From an uncultured bacterium (GTDB lineage: Bacteria > Hydrothermota > Hydrothermia > WGAB01): DNA of 64,000 nucleotides. This document shows, one piece after another, positions 49,695 through 60,400 of the stretch. Numbering within the stretch: position 1 is the stretch's first letter; each line of letters opens with the position of its first letter. The stretch spans positions 27,294 through 91,293 of the forward strand of contig CAYOQK010000024.1 in NCBI GenBank assembly GCA_964406105.1, written 5' to 3'. Below the pieces are notes generated by a model that did no database searches, was not told where the DNA came from, and worked only from the letters and a program-made list of their open reading frames with translations. Both the position numbers and the translations under genes were made by a program.

Positions 49695-51512
49695 ATGAGT
49701 GAAAAGAAAGAAGTACAGGATGCCGTGGTGCATCAAACTGCCAATGCGGAAGGAGGTGATGACCAAGACTTTTTGAGGTTGGTGGAGGAATCCCTCCAGA
49801 TGCCCCGGGAGGGGGAAATCGTCAAGGGCCGGGTTGCCAAGATCACCGGAAACGAGGTGTTCATTGACATCGGCGGGAAAAGCGAAGGTGTAGCCCCTCT
49901 CCACGAGTTCCGCAACGCCGAAATCAAGGAAGGGGACGAGGTGTACGTGTACGTGGAGTCCCTGGAGGGTCGCAACGGCCGCACCATCGTATCCAAACAG
50001 AAGGCCGACTTTCTCTTGGCCTGGGACCAGATCAAGGCCGTGTACGACAACAACGAAACCATCCAGGCCAAGGTGGTGCGGCAAGTGAAAGGTGGCTTGA
50101 TCGTGGAGATCTTCGGGGTGGACGCCTTCCTGCCCGGCTCCCATATTGACGTTCGGAAGGTCAAAAGCATCTCTTCCTTTGTGGGCCGCACGATCCCTGT
50201 GAAGGTCATCAAGCTGAACAAGGCCCGGAAAAACATCGTGGTATCGCGCCGCGAGGTGATTGAGGAGCAGATTGAACGGGCCCGAGAATGGCTCCAACAG
50301 GTGAAACCCGGCGATGTATTGGAAGGCGTGGTGAAGAACATCACCGACTTTGGTGTGTTCGTACGGGTGGGGGATAAGAACCAGCCCGGTGTGGAAATTG
50401 ACGGCTTGGTGCACATCTCCGACTTGGCCTGGCACAAAGTTCGCGACCCCCGCGAGATCGTACAGATTGGGGAAACCGTGAAGGTGCAGGTGCTGGACGT
50501 GGATCCCCAAAACCTCAAGCTCTCTTTGAGCATGAAGCACCTGCAACCCCACCCGTGGGAACAGGTCAAGGAACGGTACCCCGTGGGTGCCAAGATCAAG
50601 GGCCGCGTGACCCGGATCATGGACTACGGGGTATTCGTGGAGGTGGAGCCGGGTGTAGAGGGCCTGGTGCACATCTCGGAAATGACCTGGGGGAAGCCGC
50701 CGAACCATCCCAGCGACCTGGTGAAGGAAGGCGACGAGGTGGAAGTGGTGGTGCTCAACGTGGACGTGGAAAAGCAGCGGCTCTCCCTGGGCATGAAGCA
50801 GGCCAAGCCCGACCCCTGGTCCATGATTGAGGAAAAGTACCCCAAGGGCTCCGTGGTACGGGGCACCGTGGTGGACTTTGGCAACTTCGGCGCTTACATT
50901 GAAATTGAGGACGGCATTGAAGGTTTCCTGCACGTAGCCGATATCTCCTGGACCAAGAAGTTTACCCGACCCCAGGAGGCTCTGCGAAAGGGGCAAAAGG
51001 TCCGCCTCAAGGTGATGGGGTTTGACAAACGGAACCGCATCCTGGAGCTCTCCCTGAAAGACCTTCAACCCAACCCCTGGGACGAGATCGTGCGTCGCCT
51101 CCCTCCGGGCAGCGAGATCAAAACCAAGATCCTTTCCCTCAACGAGCACGGGGCTGTGGTGGAGGTGACCGAGGGCCTGGAGGGCTTTGTGCCACGGTCG
51201 CACCTGGCACAAAAGGGCAACCCTCTGGAGAACTACGAGGTGGGCCAAGAGATCAACGTGAAGGTCATGCGCATTGAGCCCCAGCGAAAACGGGTGCTGC
51301 TCTCGGAACGGGAGTACGTGCAGGCAAAGGAAAAGGCCGATATGGCCCGGTATCGGCCTGAGCCGGCCCGCATCAGCCTGGGCGAACTGCTCAAGCCCGA
51401 ACTGGAACGACTCAAAGCCCTGATGGAAAAGGAGGCCGAGGGCGAAGCCTCCTCGGAGGAGGGTGAGGAGACCGGTCCCGAGGCGGACACCTCCGAGTCC
51501 TCTGAGGCGTGA
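49695..51512 (+). CDS. rpsA: 30S ribosomal protein S1
   Basis: 605 aa. Six S1 domains (repeated G.V..I.DFGVFV / GLVHISE patterns), acidic C-terminal tail. AAGGAGG RBS. Confidence 0.92.
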   Translation: MSEKKEVQDAVVHQTANAEGGDDQDFLRLVEESLQMPREGEIVKGRVAKITGNEVFIDIGGKSEGVAPLHEFRNAEIKEGDEVYVYVESLEGRNGRTIVSKQKADFLLAWDQIKAVYDNNETIQAKVVRQVKGGLIVEIFGVDAFLPGSHIDVRKVKSISSFVGRTIPVKVIKLNKARKNIVVSRREVIEEQIERAREWLQQVKPGDVLEGVVKNITDFGVFVRVGDKNQPGVEIDGLVHISDLAWHKVRDPREIVQIGETVKVQVLDVDPQNLKLSLSMKHLQPHPWEQVKERYPVGAKIKGRVTRIMDYGVFVEVEPGVEGLVHISEMTWGKPPNHPSDLVKEGDEVEVVVLNVDVEKQRLSLGMKQAKPDPWSMIEEKYPKGSVVRGTVVDFGNFGAYIEIEDGIEGFLHVADISWTKKFTRPQEALRKGQKVRLKVMGFDKRNRILELSLKDLQPNPWDEIVRRLPPGSEIKTKILSLNEHGAVVEVTEGLEGFVPRSHLAQKGNPLENYEVGQEINVKVMRIEPQRKRVLLSEREYVQAKEKADMARYRPEPARISLGELLKPELERLKALMEKEAEGEASSEEGEETGPEADTSESSEA

Positions 51513-51536
51513 TCGGGCCGAACAGGAAAGGCGTGT

Positions 51537-52478
51537 ATGGGTATTCCACCGTTACTGCAGGCTGCGTACCGTCCCATTGAGCCTGCGCTGCAGTTGACCG
51601 ACCAGGAACTCTCCGAACGGGTCCTCCGGGGGTTTCCGCTTCCCATCCCAGGGTTCGTGCTCTCGGGGAAACGCTTACGGCCGGCGGCCCTGCTGCTGGC
51701 GGCCCGCGCCTTCGGTGACGGCCACCGCAGGGCCGCCGTTCTCGCCGCAGGCATTGAACTGATCCATGCCTCTTCCCTGGTGCACGACGACGTGGTGGAC
51801 CACTCCCGGTTCCGCAGGAACATGACCGCCTTGCACGAGCAATACGGAAGCCACTTTGCCGTGCTGGCCGGCGACTACTTGTTCACCCGAGGGCTTCAAG
51901 CCATCCAGGAGGCCGGCAATCCCCAGATCCTGGAAGAAACCCTAAACGCCGTGGCTGAAATGGTGGAGGGCGAAGTGGAAGAGGAGGTATTGGAACCCGA
52001 AACCCAACTGCAGGAGCCCGTGTACCTGCGCATCATCCGGAAGAAAACCGCCTCCTTGTTCCGCTGCGCCACCACCGTGGGTGCCCTTTACCGAGGGCTG
52101 GAGGGCCCGGAACTGGACTTGTACCGACGGATCGGCCTGGCCTTTGGCATGGCGTACCAGATTGTGGACGACTGCCACGATCTCTTTTCAGAGGAAGACC
52201 CAGACGCCGAGGAGAAGAAGATCACTCTGCCCACCATCCGGGCGTTTCAGAAGGGGCTGCTGACCTCCTGGGAGGATACCGAGTCCATTGACCGTCTAAA
52301 GCAGGCCATTCTGGAGGCCGGAGGGTTTGAGTACTCTGGCGCACGGGCCGAGGAGTACATCCAACAGGGGCTTTCCCACGTTCGGGAGATCTCCGACCCC
52401 CTGTTGCGACAGGCCCTGGAGGACTTCTTTGAGTACTTGCGACAGAAAAACCAGGCCCTTATTCAACAATTCTCGTAG
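51537..52478 (+). CDS. polyprenyl diphosphate synthase (trans-isoprenyl diphosphate synthase family)
   Basis: 313 aa. First Asp-rich motif LVHDDVVDHS and second YQIVDDCHD. Confidence 0.8.
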   Translation: MGIPPLLQAAYRPIEPALQLTDQELSERVLRGFPLPIPGFVLSGKRLRPAALLLAARAFGDGHRRAAVLAAGIELIHASSLVHDDVVDHSRFRRNMTALHEQYGSHFAVLAGDYLFTRGLQAIQEAGNPQILEETLNAVAEMVEGEVEEEVLEPETQLQEPVYLRIIRKKTASLFRCATTVGALYRGLEGPELDLYRRIGLAFGMAYQIVDDCHDLFSEEDPDAEEKKITLPTIRAFQKGLLTSWEDTESIDRLKQAILEAGGFEYSGARAEEYIQQGLSHVREISDPLLRQALEDFFEYLRQKNQALIQQFS

Positions 52479-52498
52479 AACCCAGGGCCCGTGTTTCC

Positions 52499-52526
52499 AA
52501 GATTTCCCCCACCTGGAAATCTTTTG
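52499..52526 (+). terminator. rho-independent terminator AAGATTTCC-cccacct-GGAAATCTT followed by TTTG
   Basis: Seen in sequence: 9-bp stem, 7-nt loop, U-tract. 20 nt after the polyprenyl synthase stop. Confidence 0.65.
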
Positions 52527-52598
52527 TGAAGATTTGGCCTATTGCCAAAAGTTTCCGCATTTTTTCAAGGCTCTAAGCCCTGGAATAAATTTGTTTTG

Positions 52599-52627
52599 TT
52601 GACAGCAGTACCCCCGGGGGCTATAAT
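52599..52627 (+). promoter_or_regulatory. consensus sigma70 promoter TTGACA-N17-TATAAT with AT-rich UP-like region upstream; csp promoter
   Basis: TTGACA 52599-52604, TATAAT 52622-52627. 5'-UTR hairpin CTGCCC-acctc-GGGCAG at 52636-52652. AAAGGAGGA RBS. Confidence 0.7.
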
Positions 52628-52677
52628 TCCCCCAACTGCCCACCTCGGGCAGGAAAAGTAAAAGGAGGATTTGTACC

Positions 52678-52890
52678 ATGGCAGAAGTGAAGTACGGGAG
52701 AGTCAAGTGGTTCGACTCTCGGAAGGGCTACGGATTCATTGAAGCAGAGGATGGATCCGGAGATGTGTTCGTGCACTTCAGCGATATCCTGGGAGAAGGC
52801 TATAAATCGCTGGACGAAGGTGACCGTGTGAAGTTTGAAGTGGTCAACTCCGCAAAGGGTCCTAAGGCGATCAATGTAAGTCGCGTCTGA
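52678..52890 (+). CDS. cspA: cold-shock protein (CspA family)
   Basis: 70 aa. RNP1/RNP2 motifs [12 protein letters not shown] and VFVHF. Confidence 0.92.
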   Translation: MAEVKYGRVKWFDSRKGYGFIEAEDGSGDVFVHFSDILGEGYKSLDEGDRVKFEVVNSAKGPKAINVSRV

Positions 52891-53660
52891 TGCACCCCGT
52901 ACTCTTCAAGGTTGGGCCGTTTACGGTTACCACCTGGGGAGTATTCGTCTTAGCGGGCATTCTCCTGGCTGTGTTCTACACGGCCAGGGAGGCAGAAAAG
53001 GCCGGGTTCCGTAGAGAGGACATCTACGACCTGGCCTTTTTTGCTGTGCTCGCTGGCCTGGTGGGCGCCCGACTGTTCTACGTGGCCACCCACTGGCAAG
53101 AGTTCGCCCCCGATCCCCTGGAAATCCTCAGGGTGTGGCACGGCGGAATGGTGTTCTACGGGGGGTTCCTGTTGGGAGTGCCTGCGGCCCTTCTGTTCGT
53201 GCACCGACGACGGCTCCCTCTGGCCCAGGTGGCCGACTGGGTGGCCCCCGGTATTCCCCTGGCCATCGCCATCGGCCGCTGGGGATGCTTCTTCAATGGA
53301 TGCTGCTACGGAAAACCCACCCATCTCCCCTGGGGGGTGGTCTTCCCCGACGGGGCCGCAGGGGCTCAGTTCCCCGGGGTTCACCTTCATCCCACCCAGA
53401 TTTACGAGTCCATCGGCCAGTTCTTGGTGTTCCTGTTCCTATGGTTTCTCAAGCGTCGCCACCCCGATCTGCCTGCCGGGTCGCTCTTTTGGATCATGGC
53501 GTTCCTCTCTCCCCTGGTGCGCTTCCTGGACGACTTTTTCCGCTACTACGAGCCTTCCCAGTATCTGGGCTTCCTTACCCTGAGCCAGGTCATCTCCCTG
53601 ACCCTCTCGCTGGCGGCCCTCCTCGCGCTGTTCCGTCTATGGGGTGGCCGCGGTTCCTGA
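52890..53660 (+). CDS. lgt: prolipoprotein diacylglyceryl transferase
   Basis: 256 aa. Lgt signature region (FGIPLAIAIGRWGCFFNGCCYGKPT...HPTQIYES). Start overlaps the csp stop (TGATG). Confidence 0.88.
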   Translation: MHPVLFKVGPFTVTTWGVFVLAGILLAVFYTAREAEKAGFRREDIYDLAFFAVLAGLVGARLFYVATHWQEFAPDPLEILRVWHGGMVFYGGFLLGVPAALLFVHRRRLPLAQVADWVAPGIPLAIAIGRWGCFFNGCCYGKPTHLPWGVVFPDGAAGAQFPGVHLHPTQIYESIGQFLVFLFLWFLKRRHPDLPAGSLFWIMAFLSPLVRFLDDFFRYYEPSQYLGFLTLSQVISLTLSLAALLALFRLWGGRGS

Positions 53661-54358
53661 TCCCCCTCCTGGACTTCGTGGCCCCACCGGTGTGCTTGGT
53701 GTGTGGGGCCCCGGTAGAGGACCCCGACCAGCCTCCTCTGGTATGCGAGGCGTGCCGTCGGCAAATCTACAGGCTGAAGATCCAGATCCCCTTCTGCCGC
53801 CGCTGCGGTACCCCACTTCGGGGACGGCAATGTCCCCGGTGCCATGGCAAGCGCCTACCCTTTGATCGGGCCAGGGCAGCCTATCTTTACACCGGCCCGG
53901 TGGCACACCTGGTGGAGGCGATGAAATACCACGGCTTCCGCTCTCTGAGCCGCTGGATGGCCCACGAGATCGCCGCTGCACTGCCCAGCGATCCCGCCCA
54001 GATCCACGGGATCGTTCCCATCCCTCTGCATCCGGCTCGGGTGCGGGAACGGGGGTTTTCCCAAACGCAGGAATTGGCCCAACACTTGGCCGAAGCCACA
54101 GGCTTGCCGGTGGTTCCCCTGCTACGCAGGGTCCGGTACACCCGCAGCCAAACCACCTTAAGCCCGGAGGAAAGACGAGAAAACCTGCGAGGTGCCTTTG
54201 CACTCCAGGCCCCACCCCAGGCCGTGCAGGAACGAACTTGGCTTTTGGTGGACGATGTGATGACCTCTATGACCACGGTCAAGGAGGCCTCCCGGGTGCT
54301 TCGCCAGGCGGGCGCTCAAAGGATCCTTGTGGCCCTGTTTGCCTTGGCCCCGGCTTAG
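53639..54358 (+). CDS. comF: ComF family protein (double zinc ribbon + phosphoribosyltransferase domain)
   Basis: N-terminal CLVCG...CEACRR...CRRCG...CPRCHG Cys clusters. PRTase motif LLVDDVMTSMTTVKEA. ATG at 53639 chosen; the first 168 codons of the ORF-track 53135 frame overlap lgt and are rejected. Confidence 0.75.
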   Translation: MGWPRFLIPLLDFVAPPVCLVCGAPVEDPDQPPLVCEACRRQIYRLKIQIPFCRRCGTPLRGRQCPRCHGKRLPFDRARAAYLYTGPVAHLVEAMKYHGFRSLSRWMAHEIAAALPSDPAQIHGIVPIPLHPARVRERGFSQTQELAQHLAEATGLPVVPLLRRVRYTRSQTTLSPEERRENLRGAFALQAPPQAVQERTWLLVDDVMTSMTTVKEASRVLRQAGAQRILVALFALAPA

Positions 54359-57300
54359 GGCCCTGATGCCCCGATTTGCTGAAGCAGGATCTCCACAGCC
54401 TTGCGCAACTGAGGGTCACCGGTACGGTTGTCGTACTGGGGCGGGTTCTCCACCCAGATATCGGGTTCCACCGGATGGTTCTCCAAGGAGAGCCCGCTTA
54501 GGCGATACCATCCCTCCTCAGGCTGCCGAAACACGGTGCCATCAAACAACTCCAGGTTTCGGGTGCCGATCACAGCCCCAAAGGTGGGGGTTCCCACCAC
54601 GGTGCCCAGTTTCAACTCCTTAAAGCCCTGGGGAAAGATTTCAGCATCGCTGTAGCAGTGCTCGTTGATCAGCAACACGATGGGTTTGGCCCATGCGAAC
54701 AGGGAACTGAATTCCCGTGTGGTGTCTCCCCGTTCCACCGAGTACAGGTACCGTACCCTTCGTAAAATCTGTAGCAGAGCATCGTGAGTAGACCCCCCAC
54801 CGTTGTACCGAATATCCAGCACCAACCCCTCACGATCCCGCTGCTCGTAGAGGTCCTTTTTGAAGCGTTCCAGGCTTTCCTCATCCATGGCCCGCACGTG
54901 TAGGTAGGCCAATCGTCCGTGGCTGACGCTGTCCACAAAGTGGCGGTTTTGGGATACCCATTCCTCATACAAGAGGTCCGACAGTTCCCCCAAGCCGATG
55001 GGTTCCACCTCTATGCGCTCTGTTTGGCCCGAGGGATGCCGAACCGTGAGAAGTACCCGTTTTCCCCGGGTGAACCGCAGCAGAGCGTAAAGGTTGGTAT
55101 CGGCCACGGGGACATCGTTCACGGCCAGGATGACATCTCCGGCCTTTAGGCCGTAGCGGTCTGCTGGTGCTTTAGGCACCACGTGGCGGAGCACCACACC
55201 TTCGGCCACCGGTTGTACATGGACCCCCAAGTAGCCCACCTGTTCATTGGCCGGGTGTTCTCCCCGGCGCCAGATACCCAGATGAGAAGCGTTGAGTTCG
55301 CCCAACATCATCCTTACCACCCGATGGAAATCCGAGCGGTTCTGTTGTGCCTGGGCCAGGGGAAGGTACTTGAGAAACAGGGCATCCCAGTCTACACCGT
55401 GAAAGTGGGGATCGTAGAAGCCGTCCTTGATCACCCAATACGCCTGGCGCAGCAAGGCCTCCCAGTACTGGGCATAGGTGAATTCCAGACCTACGCGGAA
55501 GGGGTATCGCTGGGGGGAGGACGATTCCAAAGACACGCGGTAGATCTGCCCGGCGTCGTCCAGGTACCACAGGGCTTGGCTCTTTGGCCCGAACATCATC
55601 GCTTTGGGATCAGGCCCATTGTGGGTGAGTTGCCGGAGTTCTTCCCCCAGGAAATCCACCACCCAAACATCAGGGTCGTTGAGGTTTTCCGCGACCACTG
55701 CGAACCACCAGCCATCTGGGCTTCGGGTGTAAAGGTTGTATCCTCCTCGGAACTGGGCCACAGTGCGGATCCGGTCTCGGAGGCCTTCAAAGTCAATCCT
55801 TACCGGCTTAGAGGAGGAAAGGCTGTCGCGAAAGGCCTTCCATTCTTCGGGCTCCCGTAGAGCATCCTCTTCCCGGAGAAACACCTCCCGGATCCAAAGA
55901 TCCCCCTCGGCATTGCGAGAGGCGAAACTGAGGCGGCGGCCATCGCGGCTCCACAGGGGGTGATAATCGTCGTTGGGATGATTGGAAAGGTTGAACGGTT
56001 CTGAGGACCCATCGGCGGGCACGATGTACACATCCTCTCGCCATCCCAAAGCGGTGCGGGAAAAGGCCAGCCAGCGGGAATCCGGCGACCAATCCACCCA
56101 AAGGATGTCGTTCCAGGGGGTTACCTGACGCTCTTGGGTACCGTCGCTTTTCGCCACCACCAAGGTGCCTTGGTTCCGAAGGAAACTGAGGTGTTGGCCA
56201 TCCGGAGAGTACTGGGGTGCAAACTCGGTTACCGGCGTGTCCAAAAGCCTTTGCACCTCAAATACCTGATCCTCCACGAACCGGTCCTTGTACTTGGGAC
56301 GAGCAACGTATAGATCCCAATCGCCGTCCTCCAAGCAGGAGAACACCAGTTGCTCCTTTTGGGGGTGCCAGGCCACGTCTCGGCAGGGCCGGCGAAATCG
56401 GGTCACCTGTTGGATTCTGCCAGGTCCCTCTTCCTTCAGCTCCATCACAAACACCTGGCCGTACACCACGAAAGCCAGTTCGTCGCCTTTGGGGGAAAGG
56501 GCCAGGTGGGTGGCCTCTCGGGTGAGGCGTCGGTAAAAGGGATCCCGGTCCTTAGGGTCCCGGGGAACTTGAATCTGTAAAGAGTCCACCCGGCCGGTGG
56601 CCACTTCATACACGTACAGGCGACCCAGGCTTTCAAAGACGATGATGGATCCATCCGCCGACATTCGGGGATGGAAGATCTCCTCCGTGAAATGGGTAAG
56701 CTGTCGCCGGTCCGAGCCATCCAGGTTCATGCTCCAAAGGTTCCCGGTATTCTCCGGTCCCTGGTTGGACACGAAGTACACCCTGCGACCATGAACCATG
56801 GGCCACGCATCACGTCCTTCAAAGGAGGTTAACCTTTGAGCGAAGGATCCACGAAGGTCGGTAAGCCATAGATCGCGGTTGGCGGGCCCCCGGTAACGAC
56901 GCCGCCACCATGCCGTGGCCCCCCGCTCAACCACCAAGGTATCGGTGCCCGGTACCGGTGCTGCGGAAAGCACCTCAAAGTTCAAAACCCGCTCGGGCAT
57001 GGTGCCCCCATGCAGGGGAATCCGATACACTGCCTCGCGGAACTCCGTACGGCGAGATGCAAAGTAGAGGGTATCCCCGCGGAGGAACAGGGGCCATTCG
57101 TTGCCAAAGAACGTGAGACGCCTGGGGGGTTCACTGCCGTCAGCGGGCATCACGAAGAGATGGCTCATCCCGTACCGGTTAGAATAGAACACCAGAAACC
57201 GTCCCGCCCAAAGGGGGCTTGCCTCGTACCCATCAGAATCGGTCAACCGACGAGCCTGGCCGCCTTCCCTGGGCACCACCCAAAGATCGCCCTGGTAGGT

Positions 57301-57393
57301 GAAGGCAATCCAACGGCCGTCGGGCGAGGGGGCAGGCCAGGCAAAGCCCGGTGTTCCCGATGCCACCAGCCACAGCAAAAGGGACGTCCACAT
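54355..57393 (-). CDS. tricorn-protease-like S41 peptidase (beta-propellers + PDZ + S41 domain)
   Basis: 1012 aa. Signal peptide. TolB-like repeats (SPDGRWIAFTYQGDLWVV, SPKGDELAFV, SPDGQHLSF, SPDSRWLAFS). PDZ GLKAGDVILAVNDVPV. C-terminal S41 domain. Confidence 0.8.
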   Translation of the reverse strand: MWTSLLLWLVASGTPGFAWPAPSPDGRWIAFTYQGDLWVVPREGGQARRLTDSDGYEASPLWAGRFLVFYSNRYGMSHLFVMPADGSEPPRRLTFFGNEWPLFLRGDTLYFASRRTEFREAVYRIPLHGGTMPERVLNFEVLSAAPVPGTDTLVVERGATAWWRRRYRGPANRDLWLTDLRGSFAQRLTSFEGRDAWPMVHGRRVYFVSNQGPENTGNLWSMNLDGSDRRQLTHFTEEIFHPRMSADGSIIVFESLGRLYVYEVATGRVDSLQIQVPRDPKDRDPFYRRLTREATHLALSPKGDELAFVVYGQVFVMELKEEGPGRIQQVTRFRRPCRDVAWHPQKEQLVFSCLEDGDWDLYVARPKYKDRFVEDQVFEVQRLLDTPVTEFAPQYSPDGQHLSFLRNQGTLVVAKSDGTQERQVTPWNDILWVDWSPDSRWLAFSRTALGWREDVYIVPADGSSEPFNLSNHPNDDYHPLWSRDGRRLSFASRNAEGDLWIREVFLREEDALREPEEWKAFRDSLSSSKPVRIDFEGLRDRIRTVAQFRGGYNLYTRSPDGWWFAVVAENLNDPDVWVVDFLGEELRQLTHNGPDPKAMMFGPKSQALWYLDDAGQIYRVSLESSSPQRYPFRVGLEFTYAQYWEALLRQAYWVIKDGFYDPHFHGVDWDALFLKYLPLAQAQQNRSDFHRVVRMMLGELNASHLGIWRRGEHPANEQVGYLGVHVQPVAEGVVLRHVVPKAPADRYGLKAGDVILAVNDVPVADTNLYALLRFTRGKRVLLTVRHPSGQTERIEVEPIGLGELSDLLYEEWVSQNRHFVDSVSHGRLAYLHVRAMDEESLERFKKDLYEQRDREGLVLDIRYNGGGSTHDALLQILRRVRYLYSVERGDTTREFSSLFAWAKPIVLLINEHCYSDAEIFPQGFKELKLGTVVGTPTFGAVIGTRNLELFDGTVFRQPEEGWYRLSGLSLENHPVEPDIWVENPPQYDNRTGDPQLRKAVEILLQQIGASGP

Positions 57394-57498
57394 CGTCGCG
57401 TTTACCTCCTTCGGTTGTTAAGCATATGGCACCCCTCGCCCAGGGGCGGTTATAATTGTGGTCGGTTCCGATAGGTAAGGGTTTTGTGAGGGTATCCA

Positions 57499-60400
57499 AT
57501 GAAATACCGTTTGTCTTGGCTCGGGGTGAGCCTGGGGGTGCTGCTCCTGGGAGCCCCTTCCCTCTTCAGCAGGGTGCTGTGGTGGGAGAATCTGGAAGAT
57601 TCCACCTTGGCCCGTATGTCGTGGTCGGGCCAGGTTTCTCTGGAATACGATCCCCCTTACGTCCAGGATGATCCCGCCGGTTTCCGTCGTCAGAACCATG
57701 GCCTGGTGAGCCTGCGGTTGGAGGGCCTGGCCGACGATTCCACGTGGGTGCGGTGGCCTGCCTTGGCCCAGGGGGTTCCCTTGGCACTTCTGGAGGTGTA
57801 CGTGAATCTGCCCGAGGCCGGCCTTGAGACCGCCCTGTGGCGATTGGGCCGCTTAGACGTGGAAATCCTGGCCCTGGGCACCTCCCGATACGCCCTGAGG
57901 GTCTCCGATGCGCTGGGATCCCACCTCTTTTCGGAGGATACCCTGATTCTGGTGCCGGACACCGTGGTGCACCCCCAAAATTGGTATCGGCTCCAAGTCC
58001 TGTTCACCGATACCCTGGATTACCTCTTCATCAACGGGTACCGGGTAGGCCAGGGCTTTCTGCCGCGGGACACTCTCCTGCCCGATTCCGTTACGTGGGT
58101 CATCCCAGCGGGCAACCTTGGCTCCCTCCTGCTGGACGACTACGTGGTGTCGGTGCCGGATACCGGACTGCACCCCAACCTCCTCTTTGCCCCCGAGGAC
58201 ATCCCCATCCTCTTGGCCAAAACCACCGACACCTACACCGGTACCTCGGGGATCGCTCCTGCGGAGCTGTGGGACACCATCGCTGTACGAGCCCAACGAT
58301 ACCTGAACACCGACACCTTGGTGCTGCTGGATGGAGAAGTCCGGTATCCCTATCCCTTCCCCTGGCCTCCACCCCTATGGAGCGGGCTGCTGTACCAAGC
58401 CTACATTCCCCAATGGGTGCAGTTTGAGGGCTTTGTGTATGCCCTCACCGGTGATACTGCCCATGCCCACAAGGTACGAAATATCCTGTGGAGCCTGAGC
58501 AACTGGCCCCAACTGGAATGGCCCTTTTACTACCACAACCCCACTCCCCTTTACATGGAAACCGATGGGTTTCACTACCTGCTGGTGCTTACCCTGGGGT
58601 ACGATCTGGTGTACAACGCCCTCTCGGACGTAGATCGGATGAGCATAGAAAACGCCATTCTGGTTAAGGGCGTGCAACAGGCCGACCTTTCCCTGCGAAT
58701 CGGCAATCTCTCTCGCAGACCTGTCCGGTCTAACAAGGCCCTGGTGGGGGCTACTGCATTGCTTCTGGCCTGCTTGACCGTGGAGGACTCTGCCTACACG
58801 GCAGAGCCCCGAAGTGTGGCGATTCAAACCTTTGAGGACTTTTTTAGCCATCCCGAAGAGAGCTTTAACCCCACCACCGGCGACGCTCGGGAAAACTCCT
58901 TTTACGCCTCCTACGCTCTGGCACACGTGGCCCTGGCGGCAGAGGCCTTAGAACGGCGGGGCCAATCCCGGCTCCGAGAAGCCCTCACCCCCTTTGTGCG
59001 GTACCGCGCCAGTTTGGCCTTGCCAGGACTCCGGTCATATCCCCCCGTCGGGGACAACTCCGCTGTGCTCTATGGGTTCATGGAGCAAACCCCTGAACTC
59101 CTGGCTTATTTGGCTTCCCGTTCCCACAACGCCCTGGCCCAATGGTACCTGGCGGGCATCTCCTCGTACACCTTTGACTACGGACAGGGACTTTGGGGAG
59201 ACTATATCCACTTCGGCACCTTTCTGTGGTTAGACAACACCCAACCCACGGCTTCTCCTGCCGACTTGGGGCTCCCGCGGGTTCAACGGTTTCCGGTGGT
59301 GGGCTTGGCCATGTATCGCAGTGGCTGGCAAGATCCTCGTAGCCTCACAGTGTTCTTGAAATCCCGCGACGCTGGAGCGTACCACAATCACCTGGACAAC
59401 AACACCCTCTTTCTCGGGCTTGGAGACCGCTGGCTCGTGGGCGAGGACACCTATCGGCACCTTCCCTACACAGAACGCCACAGTACCCTGTGGGTGTTCT
59501 ACCAAAACGACACCTTAGGCCAGGTGGGGCGCGCCGACGGCGGTACCCTGCGGGATCCCTTCCAGGATTCCGTGAGTGTGCTCTTGGAAGGAGAGGCACA
59601 GGGCAGTTATCAAACCGTGTCGCTGTTCCGCCGCCGGGTGTGGATTCTGCCCGCGGACACCCTGGTGGTGGTGTGGGACCGCATTGAATCCCCCGAAACC
59701 TATCCGGCTCGGTACCAGCTGCGGTACCACCTCTTTGGCACTCCCTATTGGCAGGGCGATACCTTGAACCTGCTCCAAGACTCCCTTCACTTGAGAATGC
59801 TGTGGCGCTCTGCCTTTGCCACCCATCAGGGGCTGGAGTTCCGGCCCACGGACACCGTTTGGACCATCACCTCGCTCCACGACTCCACAGAGTTTGAAGG
59901 CGCAGCGATCTTTGATCTGTCGGCGGCGGTGTCCGAATTCCCAGAGCCCTTCCAAACCCAGGTAGGCCACGGCTTCCGGTACCTGCACCACCGACTGCTG
60001 GAAGTGGAGGCGGCATACCGGGACTCCTTCCAGCTCCCAGAGAACCACGGCACCCAAGCGTACTGGCTCCTTTTGAACCTCCGGCCAAACACCTCCTACG
60101 CTCTGGCCTATGCCGGCGACTCCACCGCCGGGTACGACACCCTCACCACCGACGGCTATGGACGTGCCAGTTTCGTGCTCCAAGCTCCAGAGGACACCCT
60201 GGAGGTGTATGTCTTTTGGCGGGGCAAGCCCCAGGCCCCCACCCGTCCTGTGGTGCCAAACCGCATCCACGGAGAAACCCCTGCCCTGGAGTGGTGGACC
60301 TATGAGGTTCATCACCAGGTGTTTGCCGTAGAAACCCGGCATCAGAACACCTACTGGTTGGATTTCGGGGAAATGCCCACCATCACCCACACCCACACTC

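Noticed and set aside
49128-51248. 706-aa minus-strand ORF antisense to rpsA
   Set aside because: Shadow ORF. rpsA shows six S1 repeats.
53135-53638. N-terminal 168 codons of the 53135-54358 ORF
   Set aside because: They overlap lgt in a different frame and translate to Pro/Arg/Gly-rich sequence. The ComF-like Cys clusters begin after the ATG at 53639.
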